A stretch of DNA of 64,000 nucleotides from Giardia intestinalis (Eukaryota), in assembly GCA_000002435.2 (NCBI GenBank), contig CM018790.1. One strand, 5' to 3'. A program made the position numbers and the translations under genes. The notes beneath the pieces were generated by a model that saw only the letters and a list, made by a program, of their open reading frames with translations, made no database searches and was not told the DNA's origin. This document shows, piece by piece, positions 10,074 to 20,800 of the stretch (positions within the stretch are counted from its first letter, which is position 1; the number at the start of each line of letters is the position of its first letter).

Positions 10074-12347
10074 ATGCCTCCTGTTCCCAAGCCCAGTACA
10101 CAAAAACCAGCCATGGTTAGACGCAGTGCCAGTAAGTCTTACCTAGACCAACCTCAAAACTCTCAACCGCCAGCAGATGCTGTGCGTCAGCCAATTCAAC
10201 TTCGACTAACAGATAAGGAATTAGAAGAAGAGCAAACCAGGATGCTTTCGGCCAATTGTCCCAGTGCTCCAGATAATATTATTCACTTTTCATATCGTGA
10301 CAAGATGTTTAAAGCTGACGGTTTAGTTTCTCAAACAGAATTTCATATATCTGTTGACGGACCGTATCTCTTTGCTGATGAATCTTACGGATATAATAAC
10401 TACAAACAGGAAGCTAAAAAAGAGGAACTGCAAAGAAATCAGTTCAACTTTAGTAACAGAGGGACGCAAGCATCGATTCCGCTACCTAAGGATCAATCTG
10501 TGGCCACGAATCCCCCGCCATCTGAAACCACAAAAGGAGAGTTTAATCGTAGTGTTATTTATGATCGTTATAAGGAACAAAAGCGTATGCAAGCGGAGGG
10601 CGATGCTGTTGGTGGGGATGGGAAAAAAGGAAAGAGCGCTGTGATCAGACAAATAGGGGATGAGCACGACGATCCGCTGGTATTCACCTCAGGTGAAGGG
10701 CTTTCGTTGGAGACTCAAGCGCTCACCTTGCAAAAGGCTTCAGATAATTCTATTTCTGCCATATGTTCACTGAGTGCAGCAGACTTGGCTTTAGTTAGTA
10801 ATGCACTTCTACTTGCAGAGCGATTGGTGGCAGAGATCCTCTTTGCAGATGTAGTGTCAGACTACAAATTTTGGTCAGATCCATCAGACAGCTACAAGCA
10901 AGAAGGATCTTTGCTACCCCTTTGGAAATTCGCTACAAACTTTAAGGAGGTTCTGGGAATAAAAACAGTAAAGCCTGTTTCTTGCATCCAATTCCACCCG
11001 AAGTTCCACGATCTTTTCGCTGCTGCCTATGGCTCCTTTGAGTTCCAATCTACAAGCGTCTTTCCACCTTCGTGTCTCAGTGTTTTTTCTCTCAAAAATC
11101 CATTTTATCCCGAAAGAATCATTAAAACCCCCGTGGATATCCTATGCCTCGATTGGCATCCGGAGCGCTCGGACCTGCTTCTTGTTGGACTCTATGATGG
11201 TAACATAGCTATGTACAATGCGGCTGATGGTACCCAGATTGTCATTTCAGATTCATCGACTGGCAAGCACACGGAGGCTGTTTGGAGCGTCAGATGGAGA
11301 AAGGATCTTGTGGGATCTAATTCCCTTGCCTTCTTTTCTGCATCTACGGATGGGTGCATATGCTCATGGACGCTTGTTAAAACCGATCTGCGTTTAGTAA
11401 GTAAGATTGATGTCAGAGACAATATGACGGACGCAGACGTAACTCAGCCAATTTCATCAGGGAAGGATGCTGGGCTAAGTGCTCAGGCAACTACCCAAGT
11501 GACAACAACCCGTCTTCACTCGGACCCTCTTAATCCCGATTTGGCGGCTGCGTATACGTCCGCCACCGAAAAGGCAAGCAAATCTACGCTGCACACCAAG
11601 CCCCAGATTCTTATAACACAAAAGAACGATTTTGATAGCCAAAAGCGCTCGGCCGAGATTGCAAACCAAACATCTCCTACTGCAGGGATTCTCTCCATTT
11701 CCTTCAATCCGAAATACGACTGGCTCTACGCTATAAGTACTGACTCAGGTATTGTTAGACTCTGCTCCACAGCATACCACAATACATATGTGCAGACGTT
11801 CTGTCAAAATGGGCATAGTATGCCTGTGTATGGGATTTCTTGGAACACTTTTAATCCAGATCTTCTCGTCAGTTGCAGTGAGGATTTCACTTGTAAGATA
11901 TGGAAGCGTGATAGAGCAACGCCTGTGTATACAGTTGACTTTGGAAGGACAGTTTCTGATGTAACTTTCAGCCCACATGTATCCACAGAGATCATTGCAG
12001 GAACAGCAGATGGCAAGATTGTCGTGTACGACTTCAACATCCGGAAAGAAACGCCCCTGTGCATTCAGACGGCTGTCCCAATAGCTGCGCGGCTTACAAA
12101 GATAGAGCTTTCGAAGAGCTTCCCGATCATCGCTGTTGGAGACTCTCAAGGAGTTGTCCGTGTCTTCAAGCTGAGTCCCAATTTACTTAGACGCCATGTT
12201 GTCGAACAGCCAAAGGCCAGGGGGCCGAATGTCAAGACCTATACTCAGGAAGAGTTAGCTCAACTGTCTCAAGAGGGTGAGGAGCAGAAACTTGAAGAAT
12301 TTGTTCGCTGGTGCATCAAGGCAAACTCTGCATCCGGAATAGACTAG
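10074..12347 (+). CDS. Axonemal dynein intermediate chain (WD-repeat)
   Basis: It carries the N-terminal dynein-IC hallmark NQFNFSNRGTQA (NQFNFxERxxQT motif). The C-terminal half has WD40 repeats (LLLVGLYDGNIAMYN; HTEAVWSVRW; LLVSCSEDFTCKIWKRD; IAGTADGKIVVYD). The real ATG is at 10074, whereas the listed 10065 is a TTG. An A-rich initiator (aaaaaaaatttggacaaaATG) precedes it, and AGTGAAT lies 24 nt after the stop. Confidence 0.85.
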   Translation: MPPVPKPSTQKPAMVRRSASKSYLDQPQNSQPPADAVRQPIQLRLTDKELEEEQTRMLSANCPSAPDNIIHFSYRDKMFKADGLVSQTEFHISVDGPYLFADESYGYNNYKQEAKKEELQRNQFNFSNRGTQASIPLPKDQSVATNPPPSETTKGEFNRSVIYDRYKEQKRMQAEGDAVGGDGKKGKSAVIRQIGDEHDDPLVFTSGEGLSLETQALTLQKASDNSISAICSLSAADLALVSNALLLAERLVAEILFADVVSDYKFWSDPSDSYKQEGSLLPLWKFATNFKEVLGIKTVKPVSCIQFHPKFHDLFAAAYGSFEFQSTSVFPPSCLSVFSLKNPFYPERIIKTPVDILCLDWHPERSDLLLVGLYDGNIAMYNAADGTQIVISDSSTGKHTEAVWSVRWRKDLVGSNSLAFFSASTDGCICSWTLVKTDLRLVSKIDVRDNMTDADVTQPISSGKDAGLSAQATTQVTTTRLHSDPLNPDLAAAYTSATEKASKSTLHTKPQILITQKNDFDSQKRSAEIANQTSPTAGILSISFNPKYDWLYAISTDSGIVRLCSTAYHNTYVQTFCQNGHSMPVYGISWNTFNPDLLVSCSEDFTCKIWKRDRATPVYTVDFGRTVSDVTFSPHVSTEIIAGTADGKIVVYDFNIRKETPLCIQTAVPIAARLTKIELSKSFPIIAVGDSQGVVRVFKLSPNLLRRHVVEQPKARGPNVKTYTQEELAQLSQEGEEQKLEEFVRWCIKANSASGID

Positions 12348-12431
12348 TTCCCTCTATCTGTGAGTGTGGGAGTGAATTTTGGAATACATTCTGTTCACTA
12401 CGCCCAAGTAACAACGTGATGCATGGCACAC

Positions 12432-13169
12432 CTATACAGTTGCTGGCAACCTCGCAATGAGCCCCTTGATTTCTTCTTCAGACAAAAGAGACTTGACAGG
12501 CGCTTTGTTAACAGGATCATAGCTGATAGTAGCCATTTCGACATTATCACCCCTTACTGTACTTTCCATTACGTCGCGGAGAATCTCGAGAGCAAGAAGC
12601 TTGGCATCATCGAGTGTCATGTCATCCCGGTAGCTATCTTGAAGAGTTTGCTGTGCCGTGGTGCTTCCAGCGCCTAATGAGCGTGCCATAGCCTCGGTCA
12701 CTGATCCGCTTGGTTCGGCACAAAATAGGCGGGGAGTGCTTCCGTCTAGTCCCCCAATAAGCAGAGAACATCCAAAAGGCCTACCAAGCTTCTTCTTTCC
12801 ACGGCCAAAGTTAATGAAAACCTCTGAGAGAGACTCAGAAAGTGCTTGGAGCGGCACAAATTCGTCGTAGAGAAAGCGATGAGACTGGGCCTCTGTGCGA
12901 GCAGACTGTAGAAGAAGCTTTGAATCGCTTGCGTGTCCTGCCACACACGCCATAGCATGATCATCGACGTGCATTATTCTTTCAAATCTCGTCTGGAGGC
13001 GGAGTGGAGATGATGTACGACGTTCAACAGCAAAGACTATGCCCGTATGCGTACGTATTGCCAGCGCCGTTGGTGAAAGCGTAACAGACTTCAGAGCATA
13101 TTCTATCTGGAAAATTCGTCCGTCGGGGCTAAATACGTTGGCATGTGTGTCGTGACTATTAGAGCTCAT
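12432..13169 (-). CDS. 20S proteasome alpha-type subunit
   Basis: It has the N-terminal alpha-subunit signature FSPDGRIFQIEYA, plus RPFGCSLLIGGLD and an overall alpha fold pattern. It is ATG-initiated. Confidence 0.92.
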   Translation of the reverse strand: MSSNSHDTHANVFSPDGRIFQIEYALKSVTLSPTALAIRTHTGIVFAVERRTSSPLRLQTRFERIMHVDDHAMACVAGHASDSKLLLQSARTEAQSHRFLYDEFVPLQALSESLSEVFINFGRGKKKLGRPFGCSLLIGGLDGSTPRLFCAEPSGSVTEAMARSLGAGSTTAQQTLQDSYRDDMTLDDAKLLALEILRDVMESTVRGDNVEMATISYDPVNKAPVKSLLSEEEIKGLIARLPATV

Positions 13170-13329
13170 TTTTAATTAGATCAGGATTAGACTAAGACCG
13201 ATTCAATAGAATTCACTTAGTCATGCAGCATAGTACAGACTAACCTTCAGGATAAGTGGATAGATGATCGTGCTAGTAGCAAGTCACCTGCGAGAAGTGA
13301 ATGGAACCGGAGGAAAAGGTGGCAATGGC

Positions 13330-15711
13330 TTACTCAGAAGTAGGTGTGGAAGTTATATTTATGACTGAGTTCCGCTCGCTGTCTGATTCCTTTTCAAAAC
13401 TTGCGCTGTCGTTAAAACGGATAATGCTTCTGCAGCTACCATTGAAATCTGATGTTGAGGTTGTGCATGAACATGTACAACTATCGCTTGACAAAGAGTC
13501 TGGGCCATTATCTAATGATGCTGATTTCAGCAGCTCTCGAGGCTGACGAAATGCATTGTGCTGAACAGACCCTGGGCTTCGAGTAGAGGATGACTTCGTA
13601 ACTGAATCGTCACTAAATTTAGTACTTGGTAACGTAATTGATGTAATTGTGTTCTTATTGCTGGACTCTTCCGGCGTCTTGCATGGTATCGGAAGTGCTT
13701 CTGAAGTGGACGTTGCTTTGTCTGTTTCAGTGTTATCCAGCAAGACTATACGCCTAGCAGTATTCATACCAGTAATAGGGGAGTCAATAGCGTCGTCACT
13801 AGACGTATTAGACGCTATTTGTTGACTGTTAGTATTATCACATTCCTCCGTTCTCTCTGGATTGTCTTCGACCAAAAGATGCTGTACACTGTTTTTCCGC
13901 TTTTTAAAGCCGGTCTCTTGCAAAGCAGGTTTAGAGTCGCGCACATCATCCTCAGGCAGACTATGGAAAGTAGCATCATCCTCTTGGTTGCAGATGTCCG
14001 TTGATGATCTGACTAAAGGATTACTCATATAAGCAAGTTGTAAACGATTCTGTGACGATAAGGTACCAACACAAGTGGCAGTAGAGACAGTAGTAGGGCC
14101 CGAAGGTGGAAGTTCTGCAGCAATACTACTCAAAGAAAGACAGCGCCTGTGAAACCCTGATTTAGATGCTGATCGCACGGTGATATCAGTTGACAGTATG
14201 GGAGAGAGGTGCATTGACACTACACTTATAGATTGTCGAGCTGAAAGAGAAGAACATGGCTCTGTTACAAGATCTTTGTTTGCCGGAGAATAGGGAACTT
14301 GAGGCTTGGGATATCGCTCCTCGAAGTCTACCCAACGCTTCACGTGCTGCAAGAAAGCAATGTCCGGCGTCATGCTCGAATAGGTTCTACATATATTAAT
14401 ATAATCGTGTACAGCCCAGAGATAGACTTTCTTTGAATAGTGATACACTAGTGCATATATACGTGACCGTGCTTCTGCAGAAAGGGAGCTTGTTTGATAC
14501 AACACATAGTCTAATAATGTTTGTGACTTATTACCCTCCATGTTTATGTGAGCGCGTTGTTGTCGTTGTTGATCGCTTGTTAATTCACCAATAGAAGAAT
14601 AACAAGCAGTATAGACATTACCCAGGTCAATGATCTGATCATCAGATGAGTGTCCCTCAAAGGAAGATCTGGTGGGAGAGCTGTCATCCTTGATCGAAAA
14701 TGCATTATTCGACGGTGTTCGCGCTAACTTGTCTGGCTTCACTGTGGGCTTGGGTATCGACTTATCATAGAGCAGCATCTGTGCAAGCCGATACTTGAGC
14801 ATGTATCCTTCATCAGTCTCTGCATGCCTGTCACACATAACCAAGAATATCGTTTCGAGTATCAGATATGATCCACTATCTATACAGTAATGCAGACAGC
14901 TTTTCCCTTCCTTAGAAAGTAGCACAAATTCATGATGTAACAGCATCAGATCCCCACTTTGCAAGATTGCAGCAGCGGCAGCAGATGCACGCATAGTGCA
15001 GAGGAGCATTAGTGCCGACATTGAGCTAGCGTTTTGCAGCTTTAGCATGGAGCTCAACTTCTTACTGTCTTTTCTCCGATCCCTGAGCCAATCAATAATG
15101 TACTTGGCCAGCTTAAAGTTTCTCCGTACTATTGCTATCATCAGAGCAGAAGACCCTTTGTCCAGAGTAAATGGTTGACTGTTGTTACTGCTTGGCGTCA
15201 TTGGGGAGCTACTAATATAGTCAAAGCGATCAGAAGACATGCAGCTTATGGAATGTATCGACAGAGTAGTACATGGTCGTAGTGACCGAAGATTTGTGTT
15301 TGTGTCAAAAATCTCAGTATGAGATACAGCGGATTGGTGAGACCAAATTTGAAGATTGCTTCTTTTTTGCTTAGTCTTTGCTTGCTTTTCGATGGGAGCA
15401 CCTGCACTGAAGTGAACACCATGAGGAGTATCCACTTCCATGGGAGTAGAATGTGAGGGTGGATAGATTAAAACGCTATACTGAGTTACTTTGTCGTATT
15501 CTAAATCGAGTAGGCTCCGAACAACATCTAAACGATCAAAATATGATGCGTAATGTAGACCCACGAATCCTTTAAAAATTGATCCGTTTCCTGACGAGGG
15601 TCGATTATCATAGATGCCCTTCTTTCGTGCCTTTAACCGCTCGACTAACGAAATGTCTCCTTGTGCACACGCCCTAAACCAATTATTACCGGATTGAGAA
15701 GAGCATGGCAT
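13330..15711 (-). CDS. Ankyrin-repeat protein of the Giardia 'Protein 21.1' type, 793 aa, with a Ser/Thr-rich C-terminal half
   Basis: It has the N-terminal module …KGFVGLHYASYFDRLDVVRSLLDLEYD… shared with the ORFs at 27099 and 32723. It contains ANK-like repeats (SALMIAIVRRNFKLAKYII… and others). It is ATG-initiated (atgccatgc). Confidence 0.78.
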   Translation of the reverse strand: MPCSSQSGNNWFRACAQGDISLVERLKARKKGIYDNRPSSGNGSIFKGFVGLHYASYFDRLDVVRSLLDLEYDKVTQYSVLIYPPSHSTPMEVDTPHGVHFSAGAPIEKQAKTKQKRSNLQIWSHQSAVSHTEIFDTNTNLRSLRPCTTLSIHSISCMSSDRFDYISSSPMTPSSNNSQPFTLDKGSSALMIAIVRRNFKLAKYIIDWLRDRRKDSKKLSSMLKLQNASSMSALMLLCTMRASAAAAAILQSGDLMLLHHEFVLLSKEGKSCLHYCIDSGSYLILETIFLVMCDRHAETDEGYMLKYRLAQMLLYDKSIPKPTVKPDKLARTPSNNAFSIKDDSSPTRSSFEGHSSDDQIIDLGNVYTACYSSIGELTSDQQRQQRAHINMEGNKSQTLLDYVLYQTSSLSAEARSRIYALVYHYSKKVYLWAVHDYINICRTYSSMTPDIAFLQHVKRWVDFEERYPKPQVPYSPANKDLVTEPCSSLSARQSISVVSMHLSPILSTDITVRSASKSGFHRRCLSLSSIAAELPPSGPTTVSTATCVGTLSSQNRLQLAYMSNPLVRSSTDICNQEDDATFHSLPEDDVRDSKPALQETGFKKRKNSVQHLLVEDNPERTEECDNTNSQQIASNTSSDDAIDSPITGMNTARRIVLLDNTETDKATSTSEALPIPCKTPEESSNKNTITSITLPSTKFSDDSVTKSSSTRSPGSVQHNAFRQPRELLKSASLDNGPDSLSSDSCTCSCTTSTSDFNGSCRSIIRFNDSASFEKESDSERNSVINITSTPTSE

Positions 15712-15775
15712 GCTTTTAATTTTTGAAGTGGGTGAAGTGGGTAGGGTTTACTGAGCGATGACAGCTGACGAACAA

Positions 15776-16834
15776 TTAAAGGCCATCACTAGGGATTTCA
15801 GAATCAGATAAGCTGTGGGCACCTTGGCCCTGATGCGTCTGCTTAGCGCCACCTCTCGAGAGTGTACCTGGCTCACGCAGTCGTCGCGGAAGTATCTTCT
15901 CTTCGCCTTCGCGTCGCGCAAAGTATTCGCCAGAAGCCAATTGCTGATCAACTTTTGATATTGCTGCCTCCTGCTTTTCGCGTTTACGCTTGGCAACCTT
16001 TGCTGGCTTGTAAGGCTTCGTGTTCTTCTTCTTAAACGTCGGAATAAACCTAGACCAGTCCTCGTTGGCCATCTCCGGGATCTTGGCGAGTTCTCGCTTA
16101 ATCATGAGTGTTTTGATGTGTTGAACTGGATGAATGTTCCGTTCAATGCAATCTGTGACTATATTACGCACGAGGCCAACTCCGCGACTTGCTCCCATGA
16201 CTGCAACAGTATTTCCCTGAACCTGGATCTTAGTGTCTGTGAGCAGCTCTATAGCCTTGAGTGTTTGAGCATTAGGGCCCACAAAGCGCGCTCGGCGCTT
16301 GATGAAGCTATCTTTGCGTGACGCCATGTTCTTAATCCGTATTATATCGCAATCAACCTCATTTTCGAAGCAGCGTTTAGCCTGTTCAAATGTCATTGAT
16401 CGCGAGAGCATCCAAATCATGTTTCGTGCCGACAAAATTGCGGCCGGATCCCATGTCTTGTCTGTTGTTTGAACGGTAATTGTCCCCTTCTGTAAGTCAA
16501 GCTCTGCAGCAATCCCATATTTGCTGCTCAGCATGTTAGCGAGATCCTTCCAGATACTAGTAATATACGGTTCACGGTACATTGGGAACAAGGTAGAGAA
16601 ACTAGAGACGTCGAGCAAAGCGCCTGACTTATTATCTTCCGGCCGAAACTCGGGCTCTCGCCAACCCTCGGGGACGTCAGTTCGCCCGGTCATATCCCTT
16701 TCCGGGTAGTTCCGCCTCTTTTCACGGCTAATCCGTTGGGGCTGGTCCATCTCGTCTTCCATCACTCTGCGTTGCGGTTGATGCCGGCCGACTTTTGGAG
16801 CCCTCTGGTGAAATACAAACCATTTTAAATTCAC
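15776..16834 (-). CDS. KRR1: KRR1 small-subunit processome component (KH-domain ribosome biogenesis factor)
   Basis: It aligns collinearly with Krr1: …EDNKSGALLDVSSFSTLFPMYREPYITSIW…CDIIRIKNM…RRARFVGPNAQTLKAIELLTDTKIQVQGNTVAVMGASRGVGLVRNIVTDCIERNIHPVQHIKTLMIKRELAKIP…FKKKN. The N-terminus is ~45 aa longer than yeast Krr1, so the true start could be an internal Met (aa 25, 29 or 48). Confidence 0.9.
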   Translation of the reverse strand: MNLKWFVFHQRAPKVGRHQPQRRVMEDEMDQPQRISREKRRNYPERDMTGRTDVPEGWREPEFRPEDNKSGALLDVSSFSTLFPMYREPYITSIWKDLANMLSSKYGIAAELDLQKGTITVQTTDKTWDPAAILSARNMIWMLSRSMTFEQAKRCFENEVDCDIIRIKNMASRKDSFIKRRARFVGPNAQTLKAIELLTDTKIQVQGNTVAVMGASRGVGLVRNIVTDCIERNIHPVQHIKTLMIKRELAKIPEMANEDWSRFIPTFKKKNTKPYKPAKVAKRKREKQEAAISKVDQQLASGEYFARREGEEKILPRRLREPGTLSRGGAKQTHQGQGAHSLSDSEIPSDGL

Positions 16835-16866
16835 TTTACTTTTATTCCAGAATGGAGAGATGAGAG
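16835..16866. promoter_or_regulatory. 32-bp A/T-rich divergent promoter/initiator region shared by KRR1 (-) and RPL5 (+)
   Basis: …ccattttaaattcactttacttttattccagaATG on the + side and revcomp …aaaagtaaagtgaatttaaaATG on the - side. Giardia promoters are short A/T-rich initiators adjacent to the ATG. Confidence 0.6.
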
Positions 16867-17760
16867 ATGGGCTGGGTTAAGGTTCAGAAGACGCGCTCCT
16901 ACTTCAAGCGCTTTCAGGTGCAGTTCCGCCGCCGCAGGGAGGGAAAGACTGATTATCAGGCCCGCAAGGCTCTGATCATTCAGGACAAAAACAAATATGC
17001 CACCCCGCGCTATCGCTTCGTGGTGCGCCGCACAAACAAGGATATCATCTGCCAGGTCACTGCAGCTGAGCTGACAAAGGACAGGGTCGTTTGTGCCGCC
17101 TACTCTCACGAGCTTCCCCGCTACGGGATCCCCGTGGGGCTGACAAACTATGCTGCTGCTTATGCCACAGGCCTCCTGTGCGGTCGCCGCCTCCTGGAGA
17201 AGCTCTCCGTCGGTATCAAGGAGAACGCTCTTGCGCAGCTTTATCCTGGATTAGACAAGGCGACAGGGGAAGAATATCACCCGGACGAGAACGAAAACGA
17301 GGAGGTCCACGCCTTCAAGGCGTTCCTTGACATTGGGCTTGCCCGTGCTAGCACGGGTGCTCGCGTCTTCGCAGCCATGAAGGGTGCCGTCGATGCCGGA
17401 CTGAACATCCCCCACAGTATGAAGCGCTTTCCAGGCTACTCGAAGGATGGCTTTGACTCCTCGGCTCTGAGGGATCGTATCATGGGGAAGCACGTAGGGG
17501 ACTACATGGCAGAGCTCAAAGCGGAGGATGAGGAGACCTACAGGAAGCGCTTCTCGAAGTACATAGCCGCCAAGGTCGAGCCGCTTAGACTTGAGGCCAT
17601 GTACACAAAGGCACATGCGGCTATTAGGGCCAACCCGCAAGCTGTCAAGGCGAAGTTTGAGATCAAGAAGCCGGTGCGACAGGCCAGACTCACGCTGAAG
17701 GAGCGAAAGGAAAGAATCGATGCCAAGAAGCTCGAGGCACTCAAGCAACTGACCAAGTAA
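16867..17760 (+). CDS. RPL5: 60S ribosomal protein L5 (uL18)
   Basis: MGWVKVQKTRSYFKRFQVQFRRRREGKTDYQARKALIIQDKNKYATPRYRFVVRRTNKDIICQ… is the canonical L5 N-terminus and matches full length. The stop TAA is embedded in AGTAAAT (17756–17762). Confidence 0.97.
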   Translation: MGWVKVQKTRSYFKRFQVQFRRRREGKTDYQARKALIIQDKNKYATPRYRFVVRRTNKDIICQVTAAELTKDRVVCAAYSHELPRYGIPVGLTNYAAAYATGLLCGRRLLEKLSVGIKENALAQLYPGLDKATGEEYHPDENENEEVHAFKAFLDIGLARASTGARVFAAMKGAVDAGLNIPHSMKRFPGYSKDGFDSSALRDRIMGKHVGDYMAELKAEDEETYRKRFSKYIAAKVEPLRLEAMYTKAHAAIRANPQAVKAKFEIKKPVRQARLTLKERKERIDAKKLEALKQLTK

Positions 17761-17810
17761 ATTCTTGACGCAGCTCTTCAATCTTTAGTCAATTACTGAT
17801 CGAATTTACT
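17756..17810. promoter_or_regulatory. Two opposed Giardia poly(A) signals in the 55-nt spacer between convergent RPL5 and CCP: AGTAAAT on + at 17756–17762, and AGTAAAT on - at 17804–17810
   Basis: Seen directly in the sequence. AGTRAAY is the established Giardia polyadenylation signal. Confidence 0.65.
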
Positions 17811-17814
17811 GGCC

Positions 17815-20800
17815 TCAACCGGGGCCCCGGGATCCAGGTTGTGCCTGAACAGATGCTCGCCCAGTAGGTCGCGTGCGAGTTGTGACTTGCGGAACACTTA
17901 CGAGACGAGCATGCGTTGGGCGCTGTGCCGTTGAACGCCAGCCTGTTGAAGAAACTACGGCCCGCTGAGAGGAGCCCGGTCTCCGTGGAGCTATGAATGG
18001 CCCTGCATCTGTACTGTCAGCATTCTCACCAAAGGCTTGTTCCTTCATTACTGAAAAGCTATTCTGAGAGTACGCAAACGAATGAGATGCAGGAATTGTG
18101 CCTGCTCGTGTCTGCGAATCATCCCACACCCGCGAGCTTGTTAACCCCTTCTGGAGTCTGCTTGCTATGTTTGCAGCAACGCGGTCAACCGGAAGATCTT
18201 CTGCTGTATGGGTGACAATAGAATATGTCGCTAGACGGCTTGTTGCTTGCATTGCCTCTTGCATGTACTCTCGCTTCTCTGGCAAAATCTTATAAGGATT
18301 CTTTGCCAGTCGAGAGAAGAGATCAGCTTGTGATGTCTTACGTGTGGCCTTTTCTGTGCCTCCTCCCCAACTTGTCTTAAAGCCTTCGGTGGGAAGAATG
18401 CCTTCCGAAAAATCAGTACTGGTAAGTCCGTCAAGTGTCCGGCCACCTTGCTTACTATATTGGTCTCTACCTGAAGTACCTCGACTAGTGCGATCTTGCC
18501 GTTTACGAGTTGCATCTTGTGGTACACTGTCATGTTTAGAAGAAATCTTGGATTTGGCTTTGGACTGAGATTCCGCCTCACTGCTTTTCTGCTCTGCATT
18601 GCCTAGTTGTTCTGATGACTGATCTGTGTTAGACGTGTCAGTGACTGCAGATCTCAATGGAAGAGATTTGTAGACAAGTTTGCCGAACTTCTTGACAGAA
18701 AGGCCCACGCTTGGCCTCTCAGCTTGCTCTCTAGTGTTTATTTCACTTTCGAGAGCATTCTCGAGTTGCGCCTCATCTGTTTGAGCGGCAATGATCTCTT
18801 TGGCTAATTGCTCTATGCCTTCTGGAGAAACAGATGATCGTGATCCCGACATGGGTAATCCTGTGCCGGAGGATGAAGAGAGTCTCTTGCGTTGAGGTTT
18901 TGACTTGCTTGGATTGATAACCTCCACCTGAACGTCGTCATCAGAGCTGTGCCCGTCTTGATCCGGTTTTTGTGATTTAGATGCAGAAATACTCAGAGTG
19001 GATGGCTCTGGTAAAAGGGAAGTGATGGCTTTGACTTGCTCTATGATGTAGAGGTCTTGGTGTAGATCGTTCTCTGTGTATATGTACGGAAGAGTGATGG
19101 TCGATCCTATTGGTGGAAGATTGAGGAGAGACGGTGACAGTTCAGATGAGCCATGCGTTTCATTTATGTTGAGCTCTTTCCCCAATTCTGAGGTACAGTG
19201 CTGTGCGTTAGATGCCGTATCGACATCCATATTGAAACACACGGTCTTCTTTTTCGACGGCCCACGCTTGACAGCAGATGGAGCGGGAGTCTCTACTTCC
19301 TCCTTTGACTTATTGTCAGGTTTTTCACAGCTCCCTTCCTGTAATACATTTTCATGCACCCAGTCACAAAATTGATTATAAGTCCCAGGATCATTGAGTA
19401 CCAGTGTTCTGGAAGCATTCGGTCTGGATGCCAGTATAGATTCTGATCCGAACCATTGAATTATAAAGTTCTTTGTCTCTGCATTGTATAGAAGCGAGTA
19501 CATTTGAACAAGGAACTCATCTGCAAAATGGTGAAGAGATGCTAGCTGCTCCCCCTCTAAATAGAGCATATTTTGTGCAAGATCCCGGCCAACCTCAAGG
19601 AAGTCCTTCTGACACATTTGTAGGCCAAATTTGGGGCTTCCAGCCTTTGTTATCCCCCCAAATGTGGTCTCTATGCAATAGGAACGCTGGATATGAAAGC
19701 TGTTGTATGACACAGCACGTTGTGTGCACTCCTTTTGCTTTCCAATCGAATATCTGCAATCCTTTATGCTAAAATATGGCGACAGCCTATTCAAAGCTTT
19801 AAAATAAAAGTGCTCTTCGCTGTCTCCGTAGCATGCATAGCCAAAGACATTTGTCTTACGAGAATGACCATGTAGATCTATGTTTGCTAAGATGGCCTTA
19901 TTTGTTATAACAGTGGCTCTATTCTCAGAGCTAACTGTGCTTGCACCAGACACATTGTCTATTCGTTTTGTTGATGGCTTGCAAGTTGCTGGCCGTGTCT
20001 GGGGACCAGATTTTGGCTGCCTCGGTGGCTTGATGCAGGCATCGTCCGCCACCACTAAATCATTGAAAGCAAGGTCTTCTGTTTGCCCTGAACAGGTCTG
20101 ATAGAGGTGTTTTCCATGAGCTTTCTCTACACAATCTTTTGAGCCCGAACTATCGAAGCTACTGGAGCTACCAGCGCTGTCAGAGCGCTGCTGCTCACAC
20201 TGAGTGGTGCTCTTTATCAAGCTACCAGATGGACAAGACACAAGTGAGAGGAGAACCTTTTTAAAGCCATAGACACATGTGTGCAGTGCCATAGATGGCT
20301 GTACACACCGCCGATTAAGATCTGCGCCAGCTAGGTTACACCGGTAATTTCCTAATATAACTCCATCTGGGTTGATCATTGGGAAAACCTTAAAGACATA
20401 TAGTTTGCGCAGCAGACATGCTATCGGGGCATCAGAGAGCAGATAGTCAACAAGCCCCTGACAGACATAGCTGGATTGTGCTTCGCCAGGGTGAATCCTT
20501 GCAGATACTACTACAATCTTTCGAGCCTTTAGTTCCTGCATTGAAGTGGATGAGGATGTAATCGTAAGCATGTCGACATCGTTTCCCCCTATCGATTTGG
20601 TAACAACCTTATGGCTAAGAATAGGTATGTCTATGTTCTTGTGATCTGCCGAAGCCAGAAGCTTGGCCACGATCTGGTAGTTTGGACTGCTCCTAAAAGC
20701 AGCTAGCTTTTGTAAAAACTTGACCTTCAGACGAGAATAAGCGTAGTATGCCTTTGCAAATTCTAGCGTATATGCCTTATCCAAAGATGATAGGCCTCCT

